The notes beneath the pieces are model-generated. The model saw only the letters and a list, made by a program, of their open reading frames with translations, had not been told where the DNA came from and ran no database searches. DNA of 64,000 bases from Promethearchaeota archaeon (GTDB taxonomy: Archaea; Asgardarchaeota; Hermodarchaeia; Hermodarchaeales; Hermodarchaeaceae): the NCBI GenBank assembly GCA_048939625.1, contig JBHLPH010000005.1, positions 46,972 to 110,971 on the forward strand, in the 5' to 3' direction. The position numbers and the translations under genes were made by a program. Position 1 is the first letter of the stretch. Every line of letters begins with the position of its first letter. Positions 1 through 9,834 of the stretch are shown here, in pieces.

Positions 1-1
1 C

Positions 2-400
2 AAAAAGGTTCATTTCAAAGAAGCTGCCCATTCAATTCACCAAAGAGGAGTTCCTATCATCCTGATAACTCGAGGTTACAAGGGAGCCTACCTTTCGCAA
101 AAAGATAGTCTAAATAAAATTCCAATAATCCCCGTGGAGCGAGTAATCGACCATACCGGGAGTGGCGATGTCTTTGCCCTCAGTTTTGTTAGAGAATATG
201 AAAGTACCCAACGCCCTCTATGGTCTGCATATTTTGCAACAACAGCGGCATCCTTTAATCTAGAATCGCCAGGCCCAACGAATTTTCCTTCCTACAAGGA
301 AGTTTTGCATCGACTCCGAGCATTTCTTACCCTGCCTGAAAACCGTGAGCAAACGGAACTACTGTTGAACGAACCAGGACCTGGTCACTGTCCCCTCTAA
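2..400 (+). CDS. PfkB/ribokinase-family carbohydrate kinase, 5'-truncated by window edge
   Basis: Frame open from base 2 (KKVHFKEAAHSIHQRGVPIILITRGYKGA...); C-terminal PfkB signature DHTGSGDVF. Confidence 0.85.
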   Translation, partial: KKVHFKEAAHSIHQRGVPIILITRGYKGAYLSQKDSLNKIPIIPVERVIDHTGSGDVFALSFVREYESTQRPLWSAYFATTAASFNLESPGPTNFPSYKEVLHRLRAFLTLPENREQTELLLNEPGPGHCPL

Positions 401-451
401 GATTCAATCTAGCGTCAATCGTAGTAACAAATTCGTAGAGTGTCCGTAAAG

Positions 452-486
452 TTTATATCGGTATCCGATAGTATCGCTTTCCGATA
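452..486 (+). promoter_or_regulatory. TATA box overlapped by two tandem palindromic operators, probable PadR sites
   Basis: TTTATAT at 452-458; TATCGG-TAT-CCGATA at 456-470 and TATCGC-TTT-CCGATA at 472-486, just upstream of the padR-ABC operon. Confidence 0.7.
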
Positions 487-521
487 TTCCCTTCATCGAC
501 ACATATTTGGTTGTTTAGGAC

Positions 522-1148
522 ATGCACCCCAAACTACATGAACACCCATCGGAATCTTCAAGCACCGTCAAATCTCTCGGGAAAGGGTATATGCGTGCGA
601 TTATACTTGCATTATTAGCAGAGCAGCCACGATATGGCTATGAAATACTCTACACGCTCGCAGAATCTAGTGATGGGTGGCGACCATCTCCAGGCACAAT
701 CTATCCAATTCTCCATGACCTACATGAGCGTGGATGGATTATGAAAAAAGAGAGTGCGCAAGAAGGTCGACGCCGCATCATTTACCGCATCGGAGCAAAA
801 GGAAAGCGCCATCTTGAACATGACGCAATGGAGCACGCTCGCTTTGTAGCGATGATGCGCAATATTCTCATCAAACATGGTGGTCCACACTTTCCTGGAC
901 CCCCTGCGTTCAATGTGGATAAGGCATTACAACGATTACAAAATTTTAATTTGATTCTTGATGAGGCGCCATTGCTTCCTCAAGATATTGCATCGAACGA
1001 TCCAGAAAGCCTTGTATTATTAAAGCGTCGACTTCGGTTGTTAAAAAACCACCAGATAAACATTGGGAAAGCAATTCAAAATGTCCAGAAGGAAATTCAA
1101 AACCGCGAGGAGAATTCCTCGCATCATATATCAGAAGTGGAGAAGTGA
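522..1148 (+). CDS. PadR-family transcriptional regulator
   Basis: ILALLAEQPRYGYEI...PSPGTIYPILHDL...RRIIYRI winged-helix pattern; C-terminal coiled coil. Confidence 0.9.
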   Translation: MHPKLHEHPSESSSTVKSLGKGYMRAIILALLAEQPRYGYEILYTLAESSDGWRPSPGTIYPILHDLHERGWIMKKESAQEGRRRIIYRIGAKGKRHLEHDAMEHARFVAMMRNILIKHGGPHFPGPPAFNVDKALQRLQNFNLILDEAPLLPQDIASNDPESLVLLKRRLRLLKNHQINIGKAIQNVQKEIQNREENSSHHISEVEK

Positions 1149-2368
1149 CAACAATTAGTATTATCGAAGTGAAAGAACTAACGAAAGTCTTTGACGAGGA
1201 GCTAACGGCCGTCGATCATGTTTCATTCAGTGTAGAAGAGGGTGAAATCTTTGGTTTTCTCGGACCAAATGGTGCAGGAAAAACCACTACCCTTAACATG
1301 CTTGCCACGATCCTCCGACCAACAAGTGGAACAGCGGTTGTCAATGGATTTGATATTCACAAAGATCCAGACTCAGTTCGCCGGAGTATAGGCTTTGTTT
1401 TCCAAGATCCGACTTTAGATATCGAGTTGACTGGTCGAGAGAATCTCGATTTTCATGGTCGTCTATATGGGCTGACCAAAAAAGAACGACAGGACCGTAT
1501 TAAAGAAATTCTTGAGGTTGTCCAATTAACAGATCGGGCAGATGCGTTTGTAAAGACGTATAGCGGTGGAATGAAGCGGCGACTTGAGATAGCTCGAGGA
1601 TTATTGCATTACCCTAAGGTGTTATTTCTTGATGAACCAACTTTGGGATTAGACCCTCAAACACGTCGAGCAATTTGGGATTATATAATCAAACTCAACC
1701 AGGAAAATAACGTCACCATCATCCTAACCACCCATTATACTGAAGAAGCGGACCATTTGTGTAATCGAATTCAAATAATAGATTTTGGAAAAATCGTAGC
1801 AAACGATACTCCTGGAAACCTGAAGGAAACACTACAAGGCGATGTGGTGGGCCTCATCTTCAAAAAGGCTGAAGATGCCCAGTTGATGTTTCCTAAACTA
1901 AATAACCTTGATTGGGTGCAAAATGCGCTCCCAGTATCCAATAGTAGCAATAATGTGGGAATGAGCCAGTTTAGCCAATTAATGCGGCAGATGGTAGGAG
2001 GTACAGGAATGAATATGATGGGAGGCATAGGTGGCATGGGTGGAGGAGAAAAACCTCAGATGCATAAGGACCCAGAAAAGGTAGCTGAAATGAAGAAGAA
2101 GATGCAAAGTCACAGCGGCCCCTTGAAAAAGTTCCGTCAAATTAACTTGCTCGTTGATAATGCAAGCAAAAGGATTCCACAACTAGTAAAAATTGTGGAT
2201 CAAGCAGGAGTCGAACTTGAATCCGTGCAAATGCATAAACCGACATTAGACGATGTTTTTCTTTCAGTAACTGGTCGAAGTATCCGAGATGAATCGGGTA
2301 GTATGATGCAAATGTTTCGTCGATTTCGAACGCTACGCCAAGCTCGAGGAGGGCGAACTCCCCATTAA
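1145..2368 (+). CDS. ABC-2 (DrrA-like) exporter ATP-binding subunit
   Basis: Walker A GPNGAGKT, signature YSGGM, Walker B LFLDEPT, C-terminal PTLDDVF; overlaps the padR stop. Confidence 0.93.
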   Translation: MTTISIIEVKELTKVFDEELTAVDHVSFSVEEGEIFGFLGPNGAGKTTTLNMLATILRPTSGTAVVNGFDIHKDPDSVRRSIGFVFQDPTLDIELTGRENLDFHGRLYGLTKKERQDRIKEILEVVQLTDRADAFVKTYSGGMKRRLEIARGLLHYPKVLFLDEPTLGLDPQTRRAIWDYIIKLNQENNVTIILTTHYTEEADHLCNRIQIIDFGKIVANDTPGNLKETLQGDVVGLIFKKAEDAQLMFPKLNNLDWVQNALPVSNSSNNVGMSQFSQLMRQMVGGTGMNMMGGIGGMGGGEKPQMHKDPEKVAEMKKKMQSHSGPLKKFRQINLLVDNASKRIPQLVKIVDQAGVELESVQMHKPTLDDVFLSVTGRSIRDESGSMMQMFRRFRTLRQARGGRTPH

Positions 2369-2384
2369 CGAGGTGATATGTGAA

Positions 2385-3170
2385 ATGCAACCAATATCAG
2401 GACAAGCTATTTACGTAGTCTTACTTCGCGAACTTAAACGGTTCTGGCGAGCCAGAGCTCGAATTATAGCATCGATTGCTCAAAGCTTCTTTTTCCTCCT
2501 GATTCTAGGGTTTGGAATTGGAGGTTTGTTTGGAGGAGCAATGGGAGGTAGTTACCTTACTTATATCGCACCGGGAATTATTGCAATGTCATTACTGTTT
2601 GCTTCTGTCTTTTCAGGAGTTTCAGTGATCTTCGATCGACAATTTGGCTTCTTCAAGGAGATGCTGGTTGCCCCAGTGAGTCGAACAAGCATCATTACAG
2701 GAAAGATATTTGGTGGGGCAATCACCGCCGTCATCCAAGGCTTGCTAATCCTCGTAGTATCAGCAGTCTTAGGAGCCTTTCTTCTCGATTTACGGTTCGC
2801 CATTGGCATTTTAGCAGGAATCGGAGTTATGCTTCTCATTACTGCGGGATTTGTTGGGTTGGGTGTCGCCATAGGTTCAGCACTCACTGATTTCCATGCG
2901 TTCCAACTAATCAGCACCTTCATCATTTGGCCATTATTCATGCTCTCGGGAGTCTTCTTCCCCATTGACACTGCACCCATACCACTTCAAGTAGTCATGC
3001 TAGCCGATCCTCTATTCTATGGTGTAGAGCTCCTACGATTCTGTCTTGTAGGATATATAACGCCGATCCTTGGACCTTGGGGACCATTCATTGCGCTTGG
3101 TGTACTCGGAGGTTTCTCACTTTTGATGATAGCGATCGGAACCTACCTCTTCTCCCGAGCTGAAGCCTAA
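2385..3170 (+). CDS. ABC-2 (DrrB-like) permease
   Basis: Six hydrophobic segments, DRQFGFFKEMLVAP and LSGVFFP motifs; RBS GAGGTGA upstream of ATG 2385. Confidence 0.92.
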   Translation: MQPISGQAIYVVLLRELKRFWRARARIIASIAQSFFFLLILGFGIGGLFGGAMGGSYLTYIAPGIIAMSLLFASVFSGVSVIFDRQFGFFKEMLVAPVSRTSIITGKIFGGAITAVIQGLLILVVSAVLGAFLLDLRFAIGILAGIGVMLLITAGFVGLGVAIGSALTDFHAFQLISTFIIWPLFMLSGVFFPIDTAPIPLQVVMLADPLFYGVELLRFCLVGYITPILGPWGPFIALGVLGGFSLLMIAIGTYLFSRAEA

Positions 3171-3171
3171 A

Positions 3172-3705
3172 TTAGCCTTCGAATTCAGAAGCCAGCATAT
3201 CATAGAGAAGGAGATCGTGATATGCTCCTTCGAAAAATGAAGCCTGACGGCGTCGACCGCCAGGCTTGAAACCTATTTTTTTATAGACCTGCTGTGCCGG
3301 AGTGTTGAGATCATGAGTGAACAGCACGATTCGGTGAAGGTTTAGCTGGTTAAAGGCGTATCTGAGAAGGAGTTGTAAAGCTTCGGTACCCTGACCTTTT
3401 CCACGGTGTTTGTTTTCAAAGATTACTATAAATAACTCTGCTTTGCGGTTTATTTTGGCGACATTAAAAAGTCCGCACATACCAATGAGCTTATTTGTTT
3501 TGGTAAGGTCAATGGCGAAGAAGTATTTGCTATGGCTTTTTCGACCATCCCAAGTGCTGCGAATCCATTGTTTTAAGTCATCAGAGGAAAGTGGGTTAAC
3601 GTTGTCTAAGAATCGCCGAGCTTCGAGCGAATTGTACACTTGGGCGATGTTAGGAATGTCGTCTAGTTCCAGACTGCGAAGTCGAATGGTTTTACCGGTG
3701 AACAT
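3172..3705 (-). CDS. GNAT acetyltransferase, RimJ/RimL family
   Basis: HRGKGQGTEA acetyl-CoA motif, LNLHRI, N...YKKIGF. Confidence 0.9.
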   Translation of the reverse strand: MFTGKTIRLRSLELDDIPNIAQVYNSLEARRFLDNVNPLSSDDLKQWIRSTWDGRKSHSKYFFAIDLTKTNKLIGMCGLFNVAKINRKAELFIVIFENKHRGKGQGTEALQLLLRYAFNQLNLHRIVLFTHDLNTPAQQVYKKIGFKPGGRRRQASFFEGAYHDLLLYDMLASEFEG

Positions 3706-3708
3706 TGA

Positions 3709-4278
3709 CTATTGTTCCTCCTGTAGTGGATAATGCGGGGGATGGTGCTCACGGAATTCGTCTTCAAGGATATCCATGAGGAGAGTGTTTTTGAAGCGAC
3801 CATCTTGGAAAAGTGATTGGCGATGTGTTGCCGAGTGTTGGAATCCAACATTCTTGTACGCGTGGATGGCTCGGGGATTGTCTTCATTGACGATTAAGAA
3901 GGTGCTGTGTAAATTAAGGAAATTGAAGCCGTATCCCAAAAGGAGGTTAAGGGCTTCAGTGCCATAGCCTTTGCTCCAGTATTGCTTGTTCCAGATGGCG
4001 ATACCTAACTCAGCAGATCGGTTGATTCGTTCAATAGAAAAGAGGCTGCAGGTTCCGATTAACAAGTGGCTGTCTTTGAGTTCAATCCCGAAGACGTATT
4101 CGGTTCCCTTTTGGCGATTTTCCCATGTGTTACGAATCCATTGTTCCTCTTCTTCACGACTGATTGGGATGAGATGTCCTAGAAAACGTCGCAGCTCCAC
4201 GTCATTGAAGTGTTTGAGGATTTCTTCAGTATCAGACAGTTCTAATCCGCGTAATCGAATGCGCTTTCCTGTAATCAT
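3709..4278 (-). CDS. GNAT acetyltransferase, RimJ/RimL family (tandem paralog)
   Basis: YWSKGYGTEA, NPRAIHAYKNVGF; aligns with the neighbouring GNAT. Confidence 0.9.
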   Translation of the reverse strand: MITGKRIRLRGLELSDTEEILKHFNDVELRRFLGHLIPISREEEEQWIRNTWENRQKGTEYVFGIELKDSHLLIGTCSLFSIERINRSAELGIAIWNKQYWSKGYGTEALNLLLGYGFNFLNLHSTFLIVNEDNPRAIHAYKNVGFQHSATHRQSLFQDGRFKNTLLMDILEDEFREHHPPHYPLQEEQ

Positions 4279-4357
4279 GAGGACACGTCCAAGGTTTGAA
4301 TTGAGATTGGAGGGAACGTTGTTCAGAGTGCTATTTTTCTGTTTCTTACCAGGATGT

Positions 4358-4891
4358 TTAATGTGGAAAATTCCAGCCCATCATCTCACGAATTGCATGA
4401 CCTGTAAAGCTAGCCACTAGTATGAATGGCAACGCTAGCACGAGGAAGAGAATAAGACTCTGAGCATACAATAGCGAAAATGCCACAAGCACATCGGGAA
4501 GAATAGCCAACCAATCTGGGTAAACGCCCCACATCCATTGCCAGTGGGGAATTAACATAGATCCGTACGCAGGATTCTGATATAGGAGGAGTATTATGAT
4601 GAAGTAGTTGAGAATGAGGAAGAGGAATGGTCCCATGAATCCAGCCACGACGACATCCTTGGTTTCAAAGCTGACGAGGAAACCAATTAGGAAAGCCATA
4701 CCACCAAAAACAAACAAGTAAAAGAAGAAGTCAATTACAGCTGTGGGCGAAATAGAATTGATAATGTAAGTGAACTTAGTTCCAAAGATAAAGAAGTGGA
4801 GCCAATCGATCCCTAGGAAGCCTAGACACATGAGGAAAGCAATAAAGAAGGTGTGTCGCCAGCTGACTTTAGGTTTGATGTCCTGTGCCAT
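4358..4891 (-). CDS. Hypothetical multi-pass membrane protein (paralog of 5723-6256)
   Basis: About 4 TM segments; shares GIDWLH, FGTKFTYI, QNPAYGS and WQW.WGVYPDWL with the paralog. Confidence 0.8.
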   Translation of the reverse strand: MAQDIKPKVSWRHTFFIAFLMCLGFLGIDWLHFFIFGTKFTYIINSISPTAVIDFFFYLFVFGGMAFLIGFLVSFETKDVVVAGFMGPFLFLILNYFIIILLLYQNPAYGSMLIPHWQWMWGVYPDWLAILPDVLVAFSLLYAQSLILFLVLALPFILVASFTGHAIREMMGWNFPH

Positions 4892-5020
4892 GGATTCATG
4901 CCCCGTTTTTATGGTTAATAGAGATGTTTTCGACGGTTCCTAGGCTTCGTTTTGTTTGTATTAAAGTTGATGGTCTTGAACAACATTGCTAGCTGTTTTT
5001 TCAATGAAAATGCAGTAATA

Positions 5021-5539
5021 CTATAGGGGAACGAGGGTCGCACCGACATGAAAGATTAGACGATAAACCTCGACACGACCACTGCGAGTTTCAGCCAAGA
5101 AGGTTGTTTGAACAAGTGGTTCTAGTACAAGAACCCAGTTCCAATTCCCACTCGCCTCGGCTATTTGAAAGAGGTTTTGATCATTATCTGTCAGTGAATA
5201 CTGCCAATTAAAATTCCGATATTCACCTGGTGGAATGACGACTCGACCACCTTTGAAACCGAACCCATAGTAGAGTTGATCTCCATTCAGAAAGAAATGT
5301 GTATCAGTATGAACTATCTCGGTTGAAATGAAGAGCGCGGGATTGTAAATTCGCCCACTCACCTGCGCTCTCTGATATCTTCCAGTTGACTCATTTACAA
5401 AGACCTGAATTTCGGTTATCTCACATGCAAAACTCATGGAAGTATAAGTATCCGTTTGATAGATCATCGATAGCCCTAGTAAAACACTTGACCCGAGTAT
5501 TACGGAAAGGAACAGGAGGATGCGTGTTCGCCGAATCAT
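5021..5539 (-). CDS. Hypothetical membrane-anchored protein with beta-rich external domain
   Basis: Basic N-terminus, one hydrophobic helix, then beta-strand-rich sequence. Confidence 0.7.
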   Translation of the reverse strand: MIRRTRILLFLSVILGSSVLLGLSMIYQTDTYTSMSFACEITEIQVFVNESTGRYQRAQVSGRIYNPALFISTEIVHTDTHFFLNGDQLYYGFGFKGGRVVIPPGEYRNFNWQYSLTDNDQNLFQIAEASGNWNWVLVLEPLVQTTFLAETRSGRVEVYRLIFHVGATLVPL

Positions 5540-5722
5540 ATGAGTTCACACCCAGGTTTTTATCTTTTTCAATTTTCTTCTCCGTATTAACTCAGTGGTG
5601 GCGGCAATTATAATGTAGCGCTGGTTTTCTTAAATTATTTAACACTCAATTCCAATTCAGTTTATGTTTTGCTGAGCAAACTGAGAGGAGGAATGCGATT
5701 TCTCTGATTCTAACCTTTCTTG

Positions 5723-6256
5723 TCAGCGTGGTAACTTCCACCTCATCATCTCTCGAGCAGCATACCCTGTAAAGCTGGCTGCCAAGATAAAAGGGCTCGC
5801 CAGCAGAAGGAAGAAGAAAATACCATCGGAATAGAGTATTGTAAATACAGTCTGTACCTCTGGCAATATTTTCAACCAATCTGGATAAACACCCCAGTAC
5901 CATTGCCAGTGGTGAACCAATGAGGACCCATAAGCTGGATTCTGATGAAGTAAAGCTATGATGATGAAGTAATTCACTAGGAGAAAAAGAAAAGGACCGA
6001 TGAATCCTGCTACAACCACATCTTTAGCTTCAAAGGTGAATATGAAACCAACTAAGAAAGCTAATCCTGCAAAGATAAAAAGATAAAAGAATAAGTCAAA
6101 AAACGCAGTCGGGGAAGCAGGATTAAGGATATATGTAAATTTAGTTCCAAAAATCGCTAAATGCAACCAATCAATACCCAAGTACACCAAACAAATAACT
6201 ACAGATATTACCAGAGCGTTACGCCATCTAACCCTAGTTCTAATATCCTGTGCCAT
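5723..6256 (-). CDS. Hypothetical multi-pass membrane protein (paralog of 4358-4891)
   Basis: Start placed at MAQDI by analogy with the paralog. Confidence 0.8.
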   Translation of the reverse strand: MAQDIRTRVRWRNALVISVVICLVYLGIDWLHLAIFGTKFTYILNPASPTAFFDLFFYLFIFAGLAFLVGFIFTFEAKDVVVAGFIGPFLFLLVNYFIIIALLHQNPAYGSSLVHHWQWYWGVYPDWLKILPEVQTVFTILYSDGIFFFLLLASPFILAASFTGYAAREMMRWKLPR

Positions 6257-6504
6257 AAACGTCAATACCCATTTCACGAATTTATTGGTGTTGAACCCAA
6301 AATTAGGAATCCCGTATTAAAGGAATCGGCTATGCAACTCTAATCTAAAAGAAAGTTAAATACCCAAAAAAAAAGAGTAGACGATTAAAAATCCGTAATG
6401 GCTTTTGTTCGGTAATTTTCTTGATTTCTGTCCACGATAACAACATAGAGAGTATTTAAGGTTGAAGTCTGTAAAGATATCCTATTGGTAGAGGGTGTCT
6501 TGTT

Positions 6505-7908
6505 GTGGTTCGATTTAAGAAATCCCAACTCTATGCACTCTGGCTAGTTCTCATTTTAGCCCTTTTCTTTACAAATTGGGTTGGACTTCGAGATCGATAC
6601 CTCACAAATGCGTATCAAACGAATAATGTCATTCAGATTGCAATGGGCGAACTCGATATTTTAAAACCGGGACTAGAAATGGCATATATCACACCACAAA
6701 CAGTAAATGTGATTGGGGGACTCACATCCATTTCATGGCAAAATACTTCTTACCGGAATTTAAACTGGGAAACGAATCCATTTATCGCATTAACCGTTGG
6801 AGATTATGATAGCACTCGGAAGGGTGATGAAATGGCAGTTCTCTGTCAGAATGGGACCCTGTTCATGGTGTACCGTGGAGTTACTCAATGGGAGACTTCA
6901 AGGATTGGAATCCTGCCCGATGAAGCCCCCGTCTGGACGACCAATATTATGTTTTCTGGACAACTCATTAGTACCACTGATGAACACGAAATCGCCATCG
7001 TGGGGCAATACTTCAACTGGTCAACAACCTTAACTACCGGCCGCATTTTCGTAGCCAGCCGTTTAACAAATTTGACTTGGCAGCTAAGCCAAGTTCACGT
7101 AGAATCAACACCCTTACTATGTGGAACCGCAGGAGATGTGGACGATGCACATGTTGGTCAGGAACTACTTGCAGGTGGAGTAGACACTGGTGTTTTCTAC
7201 CTGAGTTACAATAATGGGTCCTGGGACGAAGAACGTCTCATCCAATGGGTTGATCCCATCCGATCAATCGCAGTTGGAGATTTCATGGTTCACCCTTCGG
7301 GAAATGAGATCGCCTTAATTCGAGATCAAGATATCTTCATTTATCGCGAGATAACTGGAGTTTGGACACCCACTACAATTTGGTCCGCACGAATCACGCG
7401 AATAAGCATGAATTCAGTTTGTATTGGAGATATCGACCCCTTCAGTCCAGGACAAGAAATTCTTGGTGTTGGTACCATCAGTGAAACTAGTCAGTCCGTT
7501 CTTGTGGTCTTGAAATATGGTTTACTTTGGGTTCCAAGTATTCTTTGGAATCTCGGGACACATCCAGTTAGTGTCACTGTTTCGAATTTTGATTTCAATC
7601 GGATGGGCACTGAAGTTGTTGTGGCGTATACGCCACAGACAGTTGTGCTTTCTGTACCGAGTACGACGGACCGAACGTTTCGTGCAGGTCAAACTGTGCT
7701 AGTGCCGGCCATATTGCTACTTCCAGGCACTCTGATTCTTTTTGCTCTAGCTGATTATATGGGTCGCGTTGGCGAAGCGCGTCGTCGAAGACGGTCACTG
7801 GAGATGATTGCGAAAGGATATGTTAAATGTCCCATCTGCAAACGTTTCATACCGAGGGACAAAGCTGATGCTCACAGACGATATCACCGAACTGAGCAGT
7901 TTCGGTGA
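6505..7908 (+). CDS. Membrane protein with FG-GAP/VCBS-like repeats and C-terminal C2H2-type zinc finger
   Basis: N-terminal signal/anchor; repeats (V/A/I)GD..x..G.E(I/L/M) such as VGDYDSTRKGDEM, AGDVDDAHVGQEL, IGDIDPFSPGQEI; TM near residues 398-415; CPIC-x11-H-x3-H. Confidence 0.75.
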   Translation: MVRFKKSQLYALWLVLILALFFTNWVGLRDRYLTNAYQTNNVIQIAMGELDILKPGLEMAYITPQTVNVIGGLTSISWQNTSYRNLNWETNPFIALTVGDYDSTRKGDEMAVLCQNGTLFMVYRGVTQWETSRIGILPDEAPVWTTNIMFSGQLISTTDEHEIAIVGQYFNWSTTLTTGRIFVASRLTNLTWQLSQVHVESTPLLCGTAGDVDDAHVGQELLAGGVDTGVFYLSYNNGSWDEERLIQWVDPIRSIAVGDFMVHPSGNEIALIRDQDIFIYREITGVWTPTTIWSARITRISMNSVCIGDIDPFSPGQEILGVGTISETSQSVLVVLKYGLLWVPSILWNLGTHPVSVTVSNFDFNRMGTEVVVAYTPQTVVLSVPSTTDRTFRAGQTVLVPAILLLPGTLILFALADYMGRVGEARRRRRSLEMIAKGYVKCPICKRFIPRDKADAHRRYHRTEQFR

Positions 7909-7914
7909 AATCAG

Positions 7915-9006
7915 CTAGCATTTAAGAATACGACCAGGGAGTTCGTGGAGAACCTGAGTTGCTTCATTGACGATATCATCGATAAGCGAAGCAACAGTAG
8001 GGAGATCTTTAATCCGTCCTGTGACTTCGCCTCCAAACATTAACGCGGTGTCTGTTTTTCGATCCAGTAAATCTACAAATCCGTCCTGTTCCAATTTGAG
8101 AATCGCTTTGTTTGATTCCACAGGATCACCAAGATAGAATCGTGGAACATCACCAAGAGTTTGTTCTACAAGCATTTCCGCTCGTTGATTCCGGAGAAAA
8201 CGCATCGGACCAAAAAGCCCTCGACCCACTAAGGTTTGTCGTTCCTCATGTGAAACAATAGCATCCTTCCAAATGCCTTCAAAGTCGGCTTCTTGTGTCG
8301 CGATAAACCGAGTACCCATTTGGACACCAACCGCACCCAAACAAAGAGCCGCTGCTAAGGATGCACCATCACTAAAGCCCCCTGCACCGACAACCAGTGA
8401 GTTGACCGCACGAGCCACCGCTGGGATGAGGACCATTGAGTGGACAGGGTCCCATGAAACATGGGCACCACCTTCATGACCCGATGCAACAATGACATCT
8501 GCCCCAGACCTTTCAGCCTTCTTGGCATGATATACTGACGGAACCACATGAATCCAAATTAACCCATGTTTCTTAACTTCTGTCCATGGAGCAGGATTGC
8601 CTGCAGATGTAATGAGTACCCTGAGTTGTCGTTCAATGTCAGAATCCGATTTTCGGGCTTCAATGACCTGCTCTACAAACATCTTCGAGGCAAGCACAAA
8701 TTCAGCAGCCACAGGCACGTTTACACCAAAGATCCCTCTGGTTGCTTTGGTTCCCTTCGCTACCGCCTCCATTGATTTCTGTAAGAGAACCATGGGGGGA
8801 TCATCACCAAACAAGCGTTTGGCATCAACTGGAGCTGCTTCAGGCAAAAGTGTGGCAGCCATACCAATGCTACTAATCACTCCGAGAGCCCCAGCATTCG
8901 CTACAGCGATTGCTAGATCCTCCGTTTTATACGGACCCATGCCTCCTTGTAGAATCGGAACTGAAATGCCCAATAAGTCACAGAGTTCGGTATGAAGGGA
9001 CGACAT
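7915..9006 (-). CDS. Nitronate monooxygenase / FabK-like FMN oxidoreductase
   Basis: PILQGGMG, GHEGGAH, AGGFSDG, GVQMGTRF motifs. Confidence 0.9.
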   Translation of the reverse strand: MSSLHTELCDLLGISVPILQGGMGPYKTEDLAIAVANAGALGVISSIGMAATLLPEAAPVDAKRLFGDDPPMVLLQKSMEAVAKGTKATRGIFGVNVPVAAEFVLASKMFVEQVIEARKSDSDIERQLRVLITSAGNPAPWTEVKKHGLIWIHVVPSVYHAKKAERSGADVIVASGHEGGAHVSWDPVHSMVLIPAVARAVNSLVVGAGGFSDGASLAAALCLGAVGVQMGTRFIATQEADFEGIWKDAIVSHEERQTLVGRGLFGPMRFLRNQRAEMLVEQTLGDVPRFYLGDPVESNKAILKLEQDGFVDLLDRKTDTALMFGGEVTGRIKDLPTVASLIDDIVNEATQVLHELPGRILKC

Positions 9007-9065
9007 GGTATAGCATGCCGTCTCGTAGTGATTTAAGTCTAGACCTAAAGACCATTTGAAGCTGC

Positions 9066-9461
9066 TTATTTCTGCGGAGCGTAGGCGATGACATCGATTT
9101 CAATTGCCACACCCTTGGGTAATGCAGCCACCCCAATCGTGGTTCGTGCTGGAGGATCGAGATCGAAGTAATTGCCATATGCTTCGTTTACTTCACCGAA
9201 ATCCGCCATGTTTGTAAGATAAATCGTTGTGCGAACGATATCGAAAATACTGACCCCTGCTTCGGTCAGAATGGCTTTGATATTCTCCATACACTGTCGA
9301 GTCTGAGCCGAAATATCTTCGGTGACAAACTCACCAGTTTCGGGATTCACAGGGACCTGCCCAGCAACAAAAAGGAAATCCCCTGCCCGAATAGCCTGGC
9401 TATATGGCCCCACAGGTGTTGGGGCTTTATTCGTAAAAACTCGTGATTTCTTCGGTGCCAT
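9066..9461 (-). CDS. ridA: RidA/YjgF-family enamine deaminase
   Basis: GPYSQA, AGQVP, PPARTT, LPKGVAIEID. Confidence 0.93.
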   Translation of the reverse strand: MAPKKSRVFTNKAPTPVGPYSQAIRAGDFLFVAGQVPVNPETGEFVTEDISAQTRQCMENIKAILTEAGVSIFDIVRTTIYLTNMADFGEVNEAYGNYFDLDPPARTTIGVAALPKGVAIEIDVIAYAPQK

Positions 9462-9657
9462 TTCTTCATCTCCAAAAAGGAAGCATACGAGTGGAAACGA
9501 ATCAATGCTTGTACTTATTATGCTTGTGATTTAGGCGACCCGCTCCCTTTCAAAAACCTTGACCGAGTGTAACAGTTAAAAAACAAATACCGACCTGTGG
9601 AACTAATCTCTTCCTATCACTAATGGAGTAGAGAATCGTAACGGATGGAAAAGAACC

Positions 9658-9834
9658 ATGCCGCCAAAAGTAGACGAAGCGAAATGCACTGGTTGTGGCA
9701 CCTGCGTCGATGTGTGCCCAAGCGAATGCTTCACCCTCGAAGCTAATAAATCCAAGGTCACCGATCCCGACGCCTGCGTTGAATGCGAGTCCTGTGTTGA
9801 AAACTGCCCCGAAGACGCTATTGTCCTTGAGTAA
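9658..9834 (+). CDS. 2x[4Fe-4S] ferredoxin, 58 aa (absent from ORF track)
   Basis: MPPKVDEAKCTGCGTCVDVCPSECFTLEANKSKVTDPDACVECESCVENCPEDAIVLE; two CxxCxxCxxxCP motifs. Confidence 0.95.
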   Translation: MPPKVDEAKCTGCGTCVDVCPSECFTLEANKSKVTDPDACVECESCVENCPEDAIVLE

